A stretch of 64,000 bases of DNA, taken from IMG/VR virus record IMGVR_UViG_3300045988_025287, positions 1-64,000 of that record; one strand, 5' to 3'. The stretch comes from a virus. The first letter of the stretch is position 1; each line of letters opens with the position of its first letter. Both the position numbers and the translations under genes were made by a program. Positions 1 to 14,800 of the stretch are shown one piece after another. Below the pieces are notes generated by a model. It was not told the DNA's origin, made no database searches, and worked only from the letters and a program-made list of their open reading frames with translations.

Positions 1-191
1 AAGGGGAGTAAAATCTGAGAGGGCTCGAAATTCCGTTTGAGATTATAATTATATAACGATAAGGTTTATTTAAGGTTTCTGTTTTGAAAATCTTCTTGCA
101 TAAACTAATAGTTCTTTATAGCGTAATATCTTCAGACTCATTGTCTGAGTTACTGCTGATTTACTCACGACTGCAACCTTTTATTAGTTAA

Positions 192-2753
192 TTAAAACCA
201 GTTTTCTTCAGATTCTATAGAATCCAATTGTTCATAATCCTCATCATTTAACTCTAATGTAGCTGGAGCAGCTGGCAATGCCGGTTCACCATAGAAGGTA
301 ATTCGAGTCCCGACACTCGCATAGGAAATGCCCAACCCAGCGTAAGAAAGCAAAGAGAACAAACCCGCAAGAGACCCATAGTCCGAGCGACCGCCGATTA
401 GAAGAGTTCTAGGTGTAGCTGTAGCACTAGTCTAGTGATAATCACAATAATAAGTTGTAGCACTAGCTCCATTTCCTACTACAGTTGGGAATAGATCTGC
501 CTAGTTATTATTAACGAGTTTTTTTGCATATTGACTAGTAATTGTACTTTCTTTAAAGTCTTGTAATTCATAACCTGCTGCAATTAATTGCTCTGCAGTA
601 GGATTGGTTCCTCCTTCAAATGTACCAAACTTAGTATAATCTTTGCAGATGTATACACTATTATCAGTACCAGCAACTACTACATCAATTACATTCTTCC
701 ACACATGACCAAATGGATTCTCAATACCACGGTATCTAGGAACATTAACTACCTTAGTACCAGTAGACGTACCCTCTGCATTAGTATTAGTATGTGTATA
801 TTCGATTATACCAGTACCGTTACCTAATGAATTAGTAGTACCGCAAGGTACAAATGAATAAGTAGTAGCTCCATTTACAGTTACAGTTCCTGAAGTTGCT
901 CCATCACCCAAACCACCTTGATGATAACCTTCTGCAGTTAAATTAGCATTAAATGCTTTCTGGCTATTCAATGTAGCATATTCTACTACGAATAACCAAG
1001 TAAGGTCTCTGTGAGCATCATAAGTATAGATATTCCAGTTATTAGTTCTATTATTGTTTCTAGCCATAGTTTGTAATTCCGTTCTTGTTTTGCTTACTAG
1101 AGGAGCAGCATTACGAACTTGAGTTCTTAATAAATTATTATGACTTGAACTATCTAGATTTACACTTCCCTCATATGCACCAATATATTTCTTTTCTACT
1201 TTAGTATAACCAGGAAGATTGTATTCACTCATACGGATTTCAACTGTATTATCTGGGGTAGCTATAAGTAATCTATAATGTTCTGGAATTTCTACCATAA
1301 TTTCAGGAGCCATACCTTTACTGTCATCAGTTATAGTAACGCCATCTTCCCACTTATTCCAGTCATCTGCTTTTAAATACCTCTTAGTATTGTCATCATT
1401 ATTAATAGTACAACCTCTCATCTTACTCTGGATAGGAAGTGTTCTATGCATCTCCATATTACCAGTACGTACACCATCAGGACTAGAACTATTAGCTAAG
1501 TCGAACTTAACGCCATACCACAGTTCATTCTCGTTTCTACTGAGCTTACCAATCTCTTCATCAAGAGTAACAGCGGCACTTATAGCACTAGGACTATCTG
1601 CTAAGTAATTAGTACTTGATAAGTCAGGCATTTCATTAGCTTCAGTTAAACCTACTTTATCATTTACTTTAAGTATAGTACTTCTAAGCTCTGTAATATC
1701 TTGATTTAAAGCTGTCTCTAAACTGTCAATATTGCCTTGAAGTTCTGTATCCTTAGCTTTGAGTTCTTTCACTGCATTCTCTCTTGCAACTTTTTCATCA
1801 TTAATTGCATCAGGAAGAGTTTCATTAATAGCTATTTTCTCAGCACCGGTCATTAAACCAGCAACAGTATTAGTAGCAGGAGTAATAGTAATATTAGATA
1901 AAGTAGACTCTATATACTTACCACCGCTCTTTTCTACTCCAGTAAGACTAATAGTGATATTATTAACATCAGTCTAGTCTAATTGGAATGTACTCAGCAA
2001 GTTATCAGGCATAGAGTTAACTACATTCTCCATAGCTTTACCCTTACCACCATCATAAGCAGTACCAGTAATATCACCAATAATAATGGCATTAGAATCG
2101 ATGTGTACCCATTGTGAACCGGACCATCTAAACTGATAACTTACTTCACCAGGAGTTACATTGACATATATTTTATCTCTTTCACCTACTATAGGAGTTT
2201 CGTGTTCAGCATCTGCATATAACTGTATATTCTAAAGTACTCCAGTAGGAGATACAGTATAAGTAGCATATGCATCCATTACATCATCAACATATGAAGG
2301 CAATTGACTAGCAGGTACTTTACCATTACCATCAAGTTCAGCAAGACCGTTAGGTTGACCCTTTAATGCTTTGAAGTCCTATAAGTCTTCATTCACATCA
2401 TCAATCTTAGTATCTAGTCTATCTACTTGAGCTTTTACAGCAGCATCACCTTTATTAATAGCATCTACTATACTAGTACCTTTAAAGTAGTTATTACTAC
2501 TATTATCAGGTAAAGATATAACATCACTATTCTTATCATAGTTCAAACCAACAGATTGTACAATCTCTTTAATATGAGTCCATTGGTCTACATTAGCATC
2601 TCTGTTTAACGGTATCCACTTCTTAAGATCAGGACTATATGACTTAATAACATTACCAGTACTGTCTGTTGCTAAGTCAATCCAGTAAGAAACCTCTTTA
2701 GGATTTGGAGCATACTTAGATGCTATGAAATTAGGATTTTCTTGTTTAACCAT
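192..2753 (-). CDS. Tail fibre / receptor-binding protein (853 aa with 5 TAG read as sense) with a C-terminal lectin-like variable-region motif
   Basis: Track ORFs 2379..2753 and 501..1853 are in one frame. Walking every codon between and after them meets only TAG (2379, 2232, 1974, 501, 432) until TAA at 192. Fibre motif LAELDGNGKVPASQLPSYVDDV. C-end GGRSDYGSLAGLFSLLSYAGLGISYASVGTR. Confidence 0.75.
306..368 (-). repeat. 63-nt variable-region-like segment (copy A) in the 3' end of the fibre gene
   Basis: Reverse complement GCGGGTTTGTTCTCTTTGCTTTCTTACGCTGGGTTGGGCATTTCCTATGCGAGTGTCGGGACT matches 45188..45250 at 53/63 positions. All 10 mismatches fall in 6 codons. Confidence 0.8.
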
Positions 2754-2851
2754 ATTTGCAAATATTTAATAATTAAATAATCTCCTGTTCTGGAGTATTG
2801 TATTCTTTCTATCTCGTATATTCATCATTGAAATATACAATATTGTTTTCA

Positions 2852-3931
2852 TTATGTTATTGGATTTAATGCTACAACTTGACCAGCTTCAGTCTTATCA
2901 AAGTAATTAACTACAGCAAATTCCTCATCTGCTGCCTAACCGTCTCTACTGCTTACATAACTCCTAATAAACCGCTGACCTCTCTTTTCACTATTACCCG
3001 CTACATATCCATATCTGAATGCAGTACTTATACTATCGTTGTATATAGTGCCATTCTCATTCATAGCGATTACTTTAATCTATCCTTCCTCAGTCATAGT
3101 ATCAGTATTCAGACATCTAACAGATCCTATTATTATATCTCCGTCTACATTAGTCTAATCATTCCATGTCTTATACTATTTACCATTAAATGTAACATAA
3201 CCATTAACGGAAGTACTTAAAGTACCTTTATGTGTAAAGTCTCTCTATATCGTTAAATTGGGCATACCTTCTACGCTATCATCTACAGGATTAATTTTAT
3301 ACCATCTATCAACGTATTTAACAGCTTCTCCAACCCATATTTTATTAGGCATACCTTCTTCAGACACCCAACCATCTTTATCAGCGAATACAAATGATTG
3401 ACCTGTTACTCCCATATCACTACCCTTCATTTGATATGCTTTTACTATAACTCCTCCTTTATAAGCAGTACATTCAACAGTCACAATACCGTCATTTTTA
3501 TTTCCAAACCAGTTTCCTCTAAGCTATACAATTAACTATTCTGGCATAGTTAAACTAGGATCATTAGTATATACATCTTGTATGGATTTAATGTCTACCA
3601 TTACACACTCTGCTCCAGATTGAGTGTTATCGCCTCCCCAGTATAAAAACGGTTGAGTTCTATTTTCAGACGAACCCCAACTCCATCCTACTATTTCACT
3701 AGGGATACTAGGAGCGTTAGTGATGTTAGTACCGGTATCAAAATCTCTACCGTTAGAATCAGTCCATATGAATCTCAACTATATACTATTGAAATCATAG
3801 AAGTAAGCTACATCATCCCTAGTAGGCCATATATGATTTACTCCATCAAATACATCAGATATATTAGTATTGCCTACAGTTCTCTTTTGTAGGGGAACTG
3901 CTCGTCCCCCTGCTATACCTAACTCTAACAT
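2852..3931 (-). CDS. Virion/tail-associated protein, 359 aa, 8 in-frame TAG
   Basis: ATG overlaps the upstream TAA (TAATG at 3929-3933). Track ORFs 3536..3778 and 3245..3484 are in frame. Codon walk 3245->2852 finds only TAG, with TAA at 2852. No motif recognised; the call rests on its position among fibre genes. Confidence 0.6.
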
Positions 3932-5043
3932 TACTCACTCTCCTCATCAATAATATTATAAGTCATACCAGCTACTTTAGTAAGCTGATTATATTCAGCT
4001 TCAGTACCAGTCCATATAGGTAATGATATCTTACCATTATTAGCACTAGGTAACGCTAAAACAACGCCAGTACCTTTGTTCATTGCCTGTTGTACTGGAT
4101 CTAATACAGATATCTTATTCTCACTAATAAGTTTATTTATTAGCTAAGTGATATACTCTTCATCAAGTAATTCACCAACATTACCAAGATTATTCTCAAT
4201 ATTAGTAATCTTATTATTGATACTAGTTATACTCTGTTCAATATCATCTATACTAGATTCTAGATTAGTAATTCTATTATTAACCGTAGTTATCTTACTA
4301 TCTAAGTTATTTATCTTATTAGTAAGTTCTGATATACTTTGGTTAACTTCATTCTTGAAATCCCCTATTGAAGATTCTATAGTACCATCTACATAAGTCT
4401 TAAGTTCATTCTTAGCCTTAGTAATCTCACTATTTATATAGCTTCTTAAATCACTAATTTGCTGATCAATCTTACTATCTAACTCTTGAATATTCTGAGT
4501 TAATTCAGTAATCTTTTGTTGGATAGAACTTAAATCTCCACCTATTACTTCAGTTATATCTTGACGTATCTCTTCAATACTAGAATTGATATTAGTAATA
4601 TCTTGATTTATATCATCAATGTTATTATTGATATCTGTAATATCCTACTTGACATTATTAATATCACCTTTAATATTATTAATCTCATTTCTAATATTAC
4701 TAATCTGAGTAGTTAACTCTTCTACTTTCTGATTAACGTACTGCCACAGTTTATTAACTTCCTCTTTCAGTTCATCTTTAAATTCAGCTAATTCATTTCT
4801 GATTTCAGTTATAGAATCATTAATAAACTGTTCTATCTAATCAAGAGCATTATTAATATAATCAATGATAGCATCTACTTGTTTATCATTCAGATCAAGC
4901 ATCTCCCATGTATTAGTATCATTACGATAATATCTAATACAACCACCATAGTAGTTAGAAGTAACGTCAATCCAATAATCTACTTCTAGAGGATTAGGCT
5001 GCGTATCTGATGCTCTAAATCTAACTATCTCTCTCTGTAACAT
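3931..5043 (-). CDS. Coiled-coil fibre protein, 370 aa, 3 in-frame TAG
   Basis: N-terminus RASDTQPNPLEVDYWIDV is paralogous to KYAPNPKEVSYWIDL of gene 192..2753. Long I/L/N/D/E-rich heptad-like region. Codon walk 4837->3931 meets only TAG (4837, 4645, 4144), with TAA at 3931. Confidence 0.7.
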
Positions 5044-5046
5044 ATG

Positions 5047-5490
5047 TTATGCTTTAAATGTTGTTATTTTATCTTCTGTACCATCATCATATACATCGAT
5101 ATGAACCCATGATACACCATCCTCTAAACGTACTTTACATGGTAACAATAAAGGTTTAGCCTTTATTATCTCTCTTATTTCTTCTGCAGTCTTATCATCA
5201 CAAGTAAAGTCAATTGCGTTACCAGTCGTGTGACCGCTAACATATACATTCTTCTTACTCTTTACTAAAGGACACAGGTTACAACGCATACCTCTTTGAT
5301 GCATGTTACCAATATTAATATGCATTGGCATACGTAGTATATCTGTACGTAGACATAGTAATACATGTAGTAACTGAGTACTTAAGAACATCCATGACTA
5401 TTCTCCAAACCTACTATATATGTGATTACATACTAACTCTTTTACATCAAAGTAAGGTTTAAGCTGTTTAATTATTTCTTCTCTCGGCAT
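5047..5490 (-). CDS. Peptidase M15 (VanY-like) cell-wall hydrolase, probable endolysin, 147 aa, 1 TAG
   Basis: Zn-ligand pattern SGHTTGNAIDF ... VSWVHIDV. ATG at 5490 joins track ORF 5047..5391 through one in-frame TAG. TAA stop. Confidence 0.75.
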
Positions 5491-5659
5491 CATTGTTATT
5501 CATCATTAGAGCATCACCAACCAGATTGGCTGCTACGTTCATACCAAATTGTTTAGTATCATTATCTATCTCACTTACCTTTACGTTGATTTGAAGGAGC
5601 AGAAGATATATCTGCTCCAACAATTCTCTATCTGTCATATGTGCTAAATACGGATTCAC
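5468..5659 (-). CDS. Small hypothetical protein (63 aa from GTG; 56 aa if ATG at 5638)
   Basis: Track ORF. Its GTG start overlaps the TGA of the upstream gene (GTGA). TAA stop. No motif. Confidence 0.45.
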   Translation of the reverse strand: MNPYLAHMTDRELLEQIYLLLLQINVKVSEIDNDTKQFGMNVAANLVGDALMMNNNDAERRNN

Positions 5660-7845
5660 GATATTGTATTACCTCTCTGTGTCACTAATATCTCAGCTGC
5701 TATTGGTGTATTTGTAATCTCTCTATAATTATAGCTAGTTGATGGGGCTGAAGTAACAAGTTGTAAAATGTATAATTTTTCACTATGATTTATACCATCA
5801 GACTTAGGAGCATTAACTTTCAATAAATCATACTAGTAACTTCCACCATTCTGTATATATTCATAACCAAACCAAGTTGTAGTCATTGATGCGTTAGCAG
5901 TTACCTTTTTTACCTCGCTAATAGCTCCGTAATTATAGGTATATGCATCATAGTCCGAATCTACAGTATGTACTTCAAACGTACTATCCCACTCATACTA
6001 TTTTGTTGTTGGAGTGGTTACAAGTCCAAAGCTAATTTCATCAGGATAAGTATCACTTCCTCTAACATGCGAATAGTACGTTGCAACAAATGCGTCACTA
6101 CCTACTTGCATAATATCACAGATAATAGATTTGTTACTTTCATTTTGTGTCACAGTCACAGATGTCTATCTATTACTTCTATTATTAAAATTGGATGACA
6201 GTGTAAACTTAAATTTACCCTCATTAGCAATGGAACTAGATACTTTAGTTACAGTCGCCCAAGAAGCGTAATCTCCTATACTAAAATCTACGTATTGTCT
6301 AGAACTAACGTCTTCTACTCCGTCCACATATTTAGATTTATAGCTAGCAAAAGTAACTGAAGCGCCATCATACTCTTTCATATTTCTGATTGCAATTGAT
6401 ATATTGTCCCTAGCCCCATTACTAAACCCGAATTTATATCTCCATTCTACTGTTGCAGAATAAGCAGCTTGACTAACATTAATTCTCAAAGTCTTATTAC
6501 TACCCGATTGCGTTAATACGATAGTACCACTTCTTGCAGATCCACTATTATCGGATGCACTGATAGTAACTTTACTACTAGTAGTAGAAGTAGTTATCCA
6601 ACTAGGTTTACTAGTTACACTCCAAGATTGACTACTACCATTCTTAGTAGATACTACCGATATATTAGCAGCAGTTCCGTTAGTAGAGAAGTCCCACGGG
6701 AAGCTTGCGCTAACGTCTGATGTACTACCACCTTCCCAAGTAAATACATAATTATCTGCAGGTGGAGTATATCCTGTTTGAGTTAATTCAGCATAATCTC
6801 GTTTACCAGATTCATTCTAATCAAAATATACTTTTGCTGTTCTACCAGTAGTATCAGTAGTTGATTGTATAGTAAACGTAGAAGTACTCTTATTGAATGA
6901 AGCCCATGAAGGTAATGTACTACTATCTATGCTATAATCTACATCATAAGTACTGCTACCAACTGTCTTATAAGAACTAATAGTTACACTACCAGATCCA
7001 CCACTAGAACCTACATTAACCTTATACGGATTAATAGAGAAGGTATAAGTAGTAGAAGGTGTAGCACCACTTTGTGTAACTGTACAAGTAGCTGACTTAC
7101 CACCATGAGTTGCAGTAATAGTAGCAGTTCTACTAGATGTAGATGTATTCTCTCCTAATGTTAAAGTACTAGGTGAAGAAGTACTGCTAAGACTACCTAA
7201 GTTAGTAGACAGTGTAGGATTGCCTGTTTCTTCAGTAACATCACCACTCTCCCAATATATAGTTCTCTTAGCACTAGCTGTAATAGTAGAAGTACCTCCA
7301 CTACTAGATACACTAGTAGGATTAGCTGATACTGTTATTACCCATTCACCATATGAACTAATATCATCACCATTTTGTAGCAAACTAATAGTAACTGTCT
7401 TATTAGACTCATTCTGAGTTATAGTAACTGTACCTGTTCTATTTGAAGTAATTTCATTAGCAGAAGCACTTACTGTAGTTCCACTTAAAGAGAATCCAGT
7501 ACCAGATATAGTAGTAGACTTTAATGATACACTGGTATCACCACTCTATTCTACTCCATCTAATACTTTTCTCTTATAAGAACTAACAGTGAAAGACTTA
7601 CTACCACCACCAGCTCCAAATGACATACTAGTAGGTGATACTGTTAAGTAGTAATTCCAAGTCTCTGCTTTCTTACGTATATCATCTATCTTTACACATT
7701 CATTAGCTCCATAAGTAGAAGCATTCTCAATGACTATCAATGAATTAATAGCTAAAATCTAGGTCTTAGTAGGACATTCTGTCCCACTCTTACCTAGACT
7801 AAGCTTACTTAATATCATAGAATATGTTGCTATTTCATTACTCAT
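5656..7845 (-). CDS. Surface protein with 4-5 BACON/Ig-like repeat modules, 729 aa, 6 TAG
   Basis: Track ORFs 7546.., 6817.., 6166.. share one frame. Codon walk 6166->5656 meets only TAG, with TGA at 5656. Repeats look like PTSMSFGAGGGSKSFTVSS, SSSGGTSTITASA...RTATITATHGGKSATCTVTQ and KPSWITTS...GSARSGTIVLTQSG. Confidence 0.65.
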
Positions 7846-10800
7846 GTTGCTTATTCTTTAAAGTTTCTATTTCAGCTTTAAGCTTTTCAATCTCATCCTT
7901 AAGCATCTTAACTCCTTCAATAGCTAATACACCTAACATCTCATACTCTACCTTCTTAACCTTAACATACTCTTCACCATCTTTAGTGAATGATTCAAAC
8001 TGTTCGGGATTACTTACTTCAGACTTAAGAGTATCACTTTCAGTTACTATGTCCTCAAAACCTAATTCCTCTAAGTTCTATGCTATAGTACCTATTTGCT
8101 TCTAATCATTCATTATAAATGATACAGTAGGTATAGAACATATCTAGTCTAGAGTATAGTCTAAAGGTTTAATATCTGATTTTAATCTAGCATCAGATTC
8201 TTTGAAGAAGCCACTAACTGCAGATACCTTACCGGAAGACGTAACATTACCTACTGTTATATTATCATAAGAGTATATAGACTATTTAGGAGTTATAGTT
8301 ACTGTTCTAGTCACTCCAGAAGTAGGCATAGCTTCATTAGTAATAGTTTCAACCATGTTTCTATAGTCACTGCTATTACTATAATAAGCGTGTACTACAA
8401 AAGATTGGAATTGTCGTATTTGTTTAAACCATAAATAAACCTGACTATTATAGTTAAATACTTTTATATCACCAAACCCAGACCCATTATTAACTCCAGA
8501 ATACTATATTATTGAATTTCCTGAATTATAATTATAGAACTATATTACCGTATCAATCGGAGGTGTAGTATAATAGGAATTACCGAATATTCTTACAGTA
8601 ATCATTGCATCAACACTAGACGCATTTCTTAATTTTACCAAACATCCTTTGTCATAATTATATACCATTTTTGGCAAATAACGCTAATCTAACTCATTAG
8701 CATAGTTACCTTCATGAAGTAATTTATAATGAGTACCTCCATAATAGAAAGTTGCTCCTTCATCTAAACTATCTACTCTACCTAATGATATACACGGATG
8801 AGTTGTCAGTTTATCATTGAGTAGGTAAGCGCCAAGAGATATATGAAATCCTACTTCAGCGCTATCTTCTCCGTTATTAAACTAAACATAACTTGCCTCA
8901 TTTTTGCCAATCAGTGTTAAAGGAATTGTTGTTGAAGTTTGTTCTATTCTTAATGGTGTAGTTATAACAGAACCTGATGAGTTCCATCTCTACCAGTAGC
9001 TTTCGTACGTCTTACCAATAAAGGCTCTATCTAAAGTATCGTTATTTCCATAGAAGCCGAACTAAGCCAAATTATCGTTATTTTGACTATTACGTAGAAT
9101 TTCTCCTAAACTCCATCCATCAGAAGGAGCTATATGATATATATTTCCACTAGTAAGTGATAATTTTCTACCATCATTAACAACTAATTCGCCAGTCATG
9201 GTGTCACCAGCTTTCTTTACAAAAGCAGATGGACTAATACCACCAACTGTGTCAGCATTGCCAGCATTAGCTGGCTTACCAACGCTTACAGTCTATGCAC
9301 TACCTCCAGATGGAGTTACTGTGAAATTACCAGCAGAACCATTAGCAAATGTATAAGTAGTATTAGTATTCTATGCAGGTATACCTAATGCAGTTATATC
9401 GGCTTTAGTTACAGCAGTAACACTAGCTACATGGCTAGTAGAGTCAGTAGAGAACTTATAGAATCCAGATGCTTTACTAGGTGCAGAACCAGCAGGATGT
9501 ACATAGTTATTATATGTAGCTCCTTTAGTTAGAGTAAGAGTATCGCCACTAATAGATGCAGTAGTAACAGCATTACCAGAACCAGCTACGGTTACTTTAC
9601 CAACCTTCTTAGCTAATTCTGTATTCATAGTAGACTACAGATTATTGATGTTAGTCTGTAACTAATTATCACCATCCTTTCTAGCTTGAATCTCTACATT
9701 CAAATCGTTAGTAATCTCGGATGAACTGCTCTCGATAAGCTCTTCTAATCTATCTACTTCAGTAGTTACTCTATTATCTAGATTAGTAATTCTATTAGGT
9801 ATATTGACGTCTAAGTTCTATTTATCAGTAGCAGTCATTACACCAGCTGCAGATTGTGTAGCAGCAGGTATAGTCTATGACTTAGTAATAGGATTAGCAT
9901 ATGAATTACTAGCTGCAGATAAATCAGATTGCTTATAGTTAATAGTTACACTAGTTGCATTTCTAGATGTTGCATCCATACCAGTAACTAGGTTATTAGG
10001 TAGTGAATCAAGCTTATCACCTGGATTCTCTATACTACCAAATTCATTATATAAATCATCTAATCTACCTTTATCTACTGCAGACATAGCACCAGCATTA
10101 GTAGTTGTAGCTGATGGTATATCTATATTATCATCCTGCAGAGGACCGTAATTCAAACCATCTTTAGCCGTATACTTATAGTTAATCTTAACTAACTCAC
10201 CAGTACTAGTAGTAGGAGTAAGATATGAAGTAAGCTTAGTAGGCATACTGTTTAAAGCATCTCTATTGGCTTTACCTTTATCTCCAGGATATGCAGTGCT
10301 AGGAGTTTCACCTAATGCTAAACTCTAACTAATCTCTAAGTATTGAGTACCAGTCCATCTATATGTTAAGTTAGTATCCTTAGCTACATATATCTTACCT
10401 GTTTCACCAGTTTGAGGGAATTGAGCTTTAGTAGAGAACTCTAATACATCATCTACATAAGACGGTAATTGAGCTGCAGGAACCTTACCAGTTGAGTCTA
10501 ATTCAGCTAATCCACCAGGCTGACCTTTAGTACTAATAAAAGCATTTAAACTATTAGTAATAGTAGTATCGCCTGCTTTCCTATCTTCAATTTCTTTCTG
10601 TAAAGCAGCTTCTAGCTCATCAGTAACTCCATCAAACTTGTTCTCAATTCTATCTATCTCAGCTTCTCTATCTGCAATCTCCTTATCAATCTTATCATCA
10701 AGACCGTCTATTCTATTGTTTAGATTGGAGTCGGCTTCCTTCAGATCTTCAATCTGTCCAGGTATAGTAGTATTAAGCTCTACATAGTCTTCTTTACTCA

Positions 10801-11470
10801 TTAGACCATCCATAGAAGCAGTAGCATTAGCTATACGTATATCCATATAGATATTGTTACCACTCTTAACAGTATTCCATGATACACAAGGAGTACTATT
10901 CTGTCTAAAGGTAATACCATTAGTTACTAAATCATAAGTAGATGTATTAGTACCATCTTTAAACTTAATATTAGTTAATGCTAAATTACCTATATATACA
11001 TACTGACCATTATCTGTAAGTACTTTAGTACCATCACCAGTAGTCTTAATTACTGTAGTAGTATATTGTTCGTTACTATAGTTTAATGAACCATCTACAG
11101 TAATCGTATCAAATACTACTTGAGATATATTATCTGTACCTTCTTCTTTAATAAAGTCAGGAGATTCAATGTATATAGTACCACCGACTATGGCTACTTC
11201 AGTTGCTAAGTCTAATCCATTTCTCTTAGAGTTAATAGTATAGATAAGCTTACCTTCTTCTATAGCTTGCTTTAATGCGTCATAATCTTCTTGACTTACT
11301 TTACCATCAATGATAGTAGGATCAAAGATATACATAGTCATATCTTTAAACTCTATCATTCGGATCTTACCATTTCTTTCACCATCTTGGAATGGAATCA
11401 TTTCCTATCCTGTGACAGCAGTACGTTCTGAAGCTTGACTAATCTTTAAACCTTTAATTCTTGCTATCAT
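7838..11470 (-). CDS. Long tail fibre with C-terminal peptidase-S74 intramolecular chaperone domain, 1210 aa, about 19 TAG
   Basis: ORFs 10325.., 9875.., 9371.. are in one frame. Codon walk 9371->7838 meets only TAG, with TAA at 7838. Fibre motif LAELDSTGKVPAAQLPSYVDDV. C-end SDARLKSDIKPLDYTLDQICSIP...YEMLGVLAIEGVKMLKDEIEKLKAE resembles the S74 autoprocessing chaperone. Confidence 0.8.
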
Positions 11471-11858
11471 TGTCAATCAAATTATTTTCTTTCTACTATT
11501 CTAACAGTACTACACCGTTATCTTCCCATAACCAAGGATCTGCATCCTCTGTCAACAATGCTAATACATAAGGATCGTATAATCCTCTAAAGTATCCATT
11601 ACCACAACCACACTTAATACAATATGGTTTGAGTTTCATAGGTATACCGCTATATAATTGTGGTTTAACCTAATGTAAGTATCTCTTTAGTATTTCAGAA
11701 TCTATAGGAGTAGTAACACTAGATGTGTTACTAAACTCCAATAAATCTGTCAATTCATTGTATACTATGGTTGCTACAACATCTCTATTGTTCCTAAGTA
11801 TATTAGTTTTAAGTATAGAGTTTGTTTTACTGTTTATATATTCTTTTGCTTTATCCAT
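11454..11858 (-). CDS. Hypothetical virion-module protein, 134 aa, 3 TAG
   Basis: Track ORF 11670..11858 continues in frame through TAG (11670) and a TAG TAG pair to TAA at 11454. It overlaps the next gene's start by 17 nt. Confidence 0.5.
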
Positions 11859-11863
11859 AGTAA

Positions 11864-14800
11864 TTATACATTTGCGTATGTTTTAGTAGTAAGACTATTT
11901 TTTGCAAATATTAAACCTTCTGTTGGGTTTAATCTAGCAGAATAGGTATCACTTCCTAATACTTTTTGTATATATATACTACCATCTCCAGATATAGATA
12001 TCTATGAACCATTACTACATCTAACATATATGTTTCCTTTGTTAGGAGACTAATCCTAAGTTCCGTATATATCTATTAGATAAAAGTCTGGATCTGTAGA
12101 TTGAGGCACTCTCAGTCCACTAAAACTATCACCTGCTAATATTACTTTACCGTTAGTACTATCTCCTACATTAAGTTCATTAATTTCTCCAGAAGAATTC
12201 CAAGTGATATTACCTTTTGCTAACTGTCCACTGCCATTAGAATTTAAACCAAACCACTCAGTAAATGGAGACTGGGCCTAACCCATACGCATGCCAGTTG
12301 AATCTAGTTTAAACTAATAATCACTTGTAAGCTATGATATGTTATTTTTCTTTATATAGGTACCAGAAGTAGATAATGCACCACTGCTTGAATTATTAAT
12401 CATACTCAACCCGCTACCATCTAGCGTAAGCTTAGTATCAGTTGTAGTTAACTACAACTAACTATTCTCAGAATCAGCAGCTAAGTGTATGCCTCCAGCT
12501 CCAAAGTAAGCTTCGCCATTCTCAAAGTCTAACAAGAAATTAGGTCTAAATGAATTAGAGGTATTCATAGGATCTGAAGTATTAATCAAATGGTATTCAG
12601 AACTATCACCACCACTAGCATTCTTACCTCTTTGTGAGAACATCAAGTTATTGTTAAATACAGCTCCACCTACTAGTGAATTAGGTGCAATAAGTAAATC
12701 AGTATAGATTGCTTCATAACCTTCTAATTTAGTCCATGCACCAGATGTATCTGTAGCAGGAGATTCATTATTCTATTGAGTACCAATCCATGTCATTACT
12801 GATTTTAAGAAATAGTAGTTACCATCGCTAGTATCATATACATAAGGTGCTTTCTCCCCATCATTAATATAAGGAGTACTAGTACTATATATACCAGCAG
12901 GATATGCTATAGGTTGTGAACCTACTGGGTCTGGAGTAATTATACCACCCATAGGATTAGGTTTAGACCATGCAGTTTCCATATTATCGTTAATAACTCT
13001 ACATTGAATAAACCATATGTAATTATACTCATCTCCATTAGTAAGTTCAGGAACATCCATAGACCAACCTGTAGGGTTTCTCTTCCATTTCATAGTATCA
13101 TTCCAAGCCTCACCGGTATAAGTAGTTTCAGTACCTTTACAGTATCTTACCTCGTAACCTACTCCAGGAACACCTGAACCACCGTTATCACCAGTCATAC
13201 CAGTCATATAGTATGGATCACACCATTGTTCCATTAACGTATTATCTCCACCATTGATAAGAGCAAATGTAGCCCATAATACTTTACCGCTACTTAACGC
13301 TGGTGCAGTAGAACTCCAACCTGTAGGATAACGTTCAGCAGCATTTAACTAAGGAGCAATTTCCCAACTATTGTTTCTAGCAAATCTGTATTCATAGTAG
13401 TTACCATCCATGCCTTGAACCTTACCTACATTTACCCATTCACTACCATTCCATACCCATAAGAAGCCATCAATAACCCAACCGTCTCCTATTTCATTAC
13501 CACTAGTTGGAAGATCATCTGTAGAATCTAAAGTGCCTTTAATGATAACCCCCTGCCCGGTTACTTTTACTACAGCACCCCATTCTATTACTGTGCCAGT
13601 TTCACCTTGAACTAATGCTATACATTTCCACCATATACCAGTTGACATATCAGGAGTAAGTACCCAACCATCACCAGGATTATATGGGTCATTACTAGTA
13701 GGTTTCTCAGGTTGAGTCTAGCTCTATTTAAATGCTTCTACTTGATAATTGAAGTTATTACCATCAAGACCAGGTACACCTGTAATTAAATAAGGACCTT
13801 GCCAACCTCTTTCATCCTCAGGTAAATTTTCATCTATTACTAACTAGTTGTCAAAAGTAACAAGAGCTTGAATACCCCATATAGCTTCTTTACCAGTTGC
13901 AGTAGGCATACCTACACCCCAGATACTACCAGGGTTAATATTCAATCTATCTGGATCTCTAGGTTTAACATCACTACCAGATGTCTTAGTATACATTACT
14001 CTAAGATGATTACCATCTTGACCATTATCTCCGAATTTAGCCCATAATGCTGGAGAACTAAAGTTACCCCATTTATGTGTGTTACCTTTATACTTTCTTT
14101 GACTAACCCATTCGTATTGGAATTCTTGTGTTACTCCCTTAGGATCATCTGTCCAAGGTTGTTCACCAGGAGCTGATTGAGGTATATATTCATCCTGATC
14201 TGGATTATTATCTGTAATCTCTGCAGGAGAAGCAGGTAATTTAGTACGCTGATATATATACTCTACGCCATCACCATCTTTACCATTTACTCCCCATTTG
14301 GACCAAATAGTAGGATCACTCCACTCACTCCAAGTACCATCAGTTTGCAAGTTATGTGAACAAACCCATTCGCATTGATACTATTCACTGATGCCTGTAG
14401 GATGATCAGTCCAACCTTGTCTAATAGCTTCAGTCTAGCTGTTACCTGTAGGTTTAGTAGGTGTAACTAAACTAGTTACAGTAAGCTTATACACGAATTC
14501 AATATTACTACCATCAGCTCCGTCATGACCATCTGCTCCAGTAAGTCTCACAGGAGTACTCCAGGGAACTACAATTGTACCTTTACTAGAGAACGTAGCA
14601 GTAGACATCCATACATAACCATTAGGATTACTATCACTACCAGACCAACCTTCAGGATAAGTAATAGTATTAGTATCGTAATCCCAGCTACCTCCTACAG
14701 GAGTATCGGGTCTTTGTATGGTTTTAGTAGATTTGTATGCTATTACTACTCTAGTAGTATCTCCGTCTATACCTGGTACACCATCAATACCATCCTTACC

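Noticed and set aside
1-191. A 22-aa ORF (MSLKILRYKELLVYARRFSKQKP) downstream of the fibre gene as a truncated Avd-like DGR accessory gene
   Set aside because: It ends at TAA after 22 codons. The resemblance to Avd N-termini is vague and the window ends here, so it is noted only as a place to look in the full genome.
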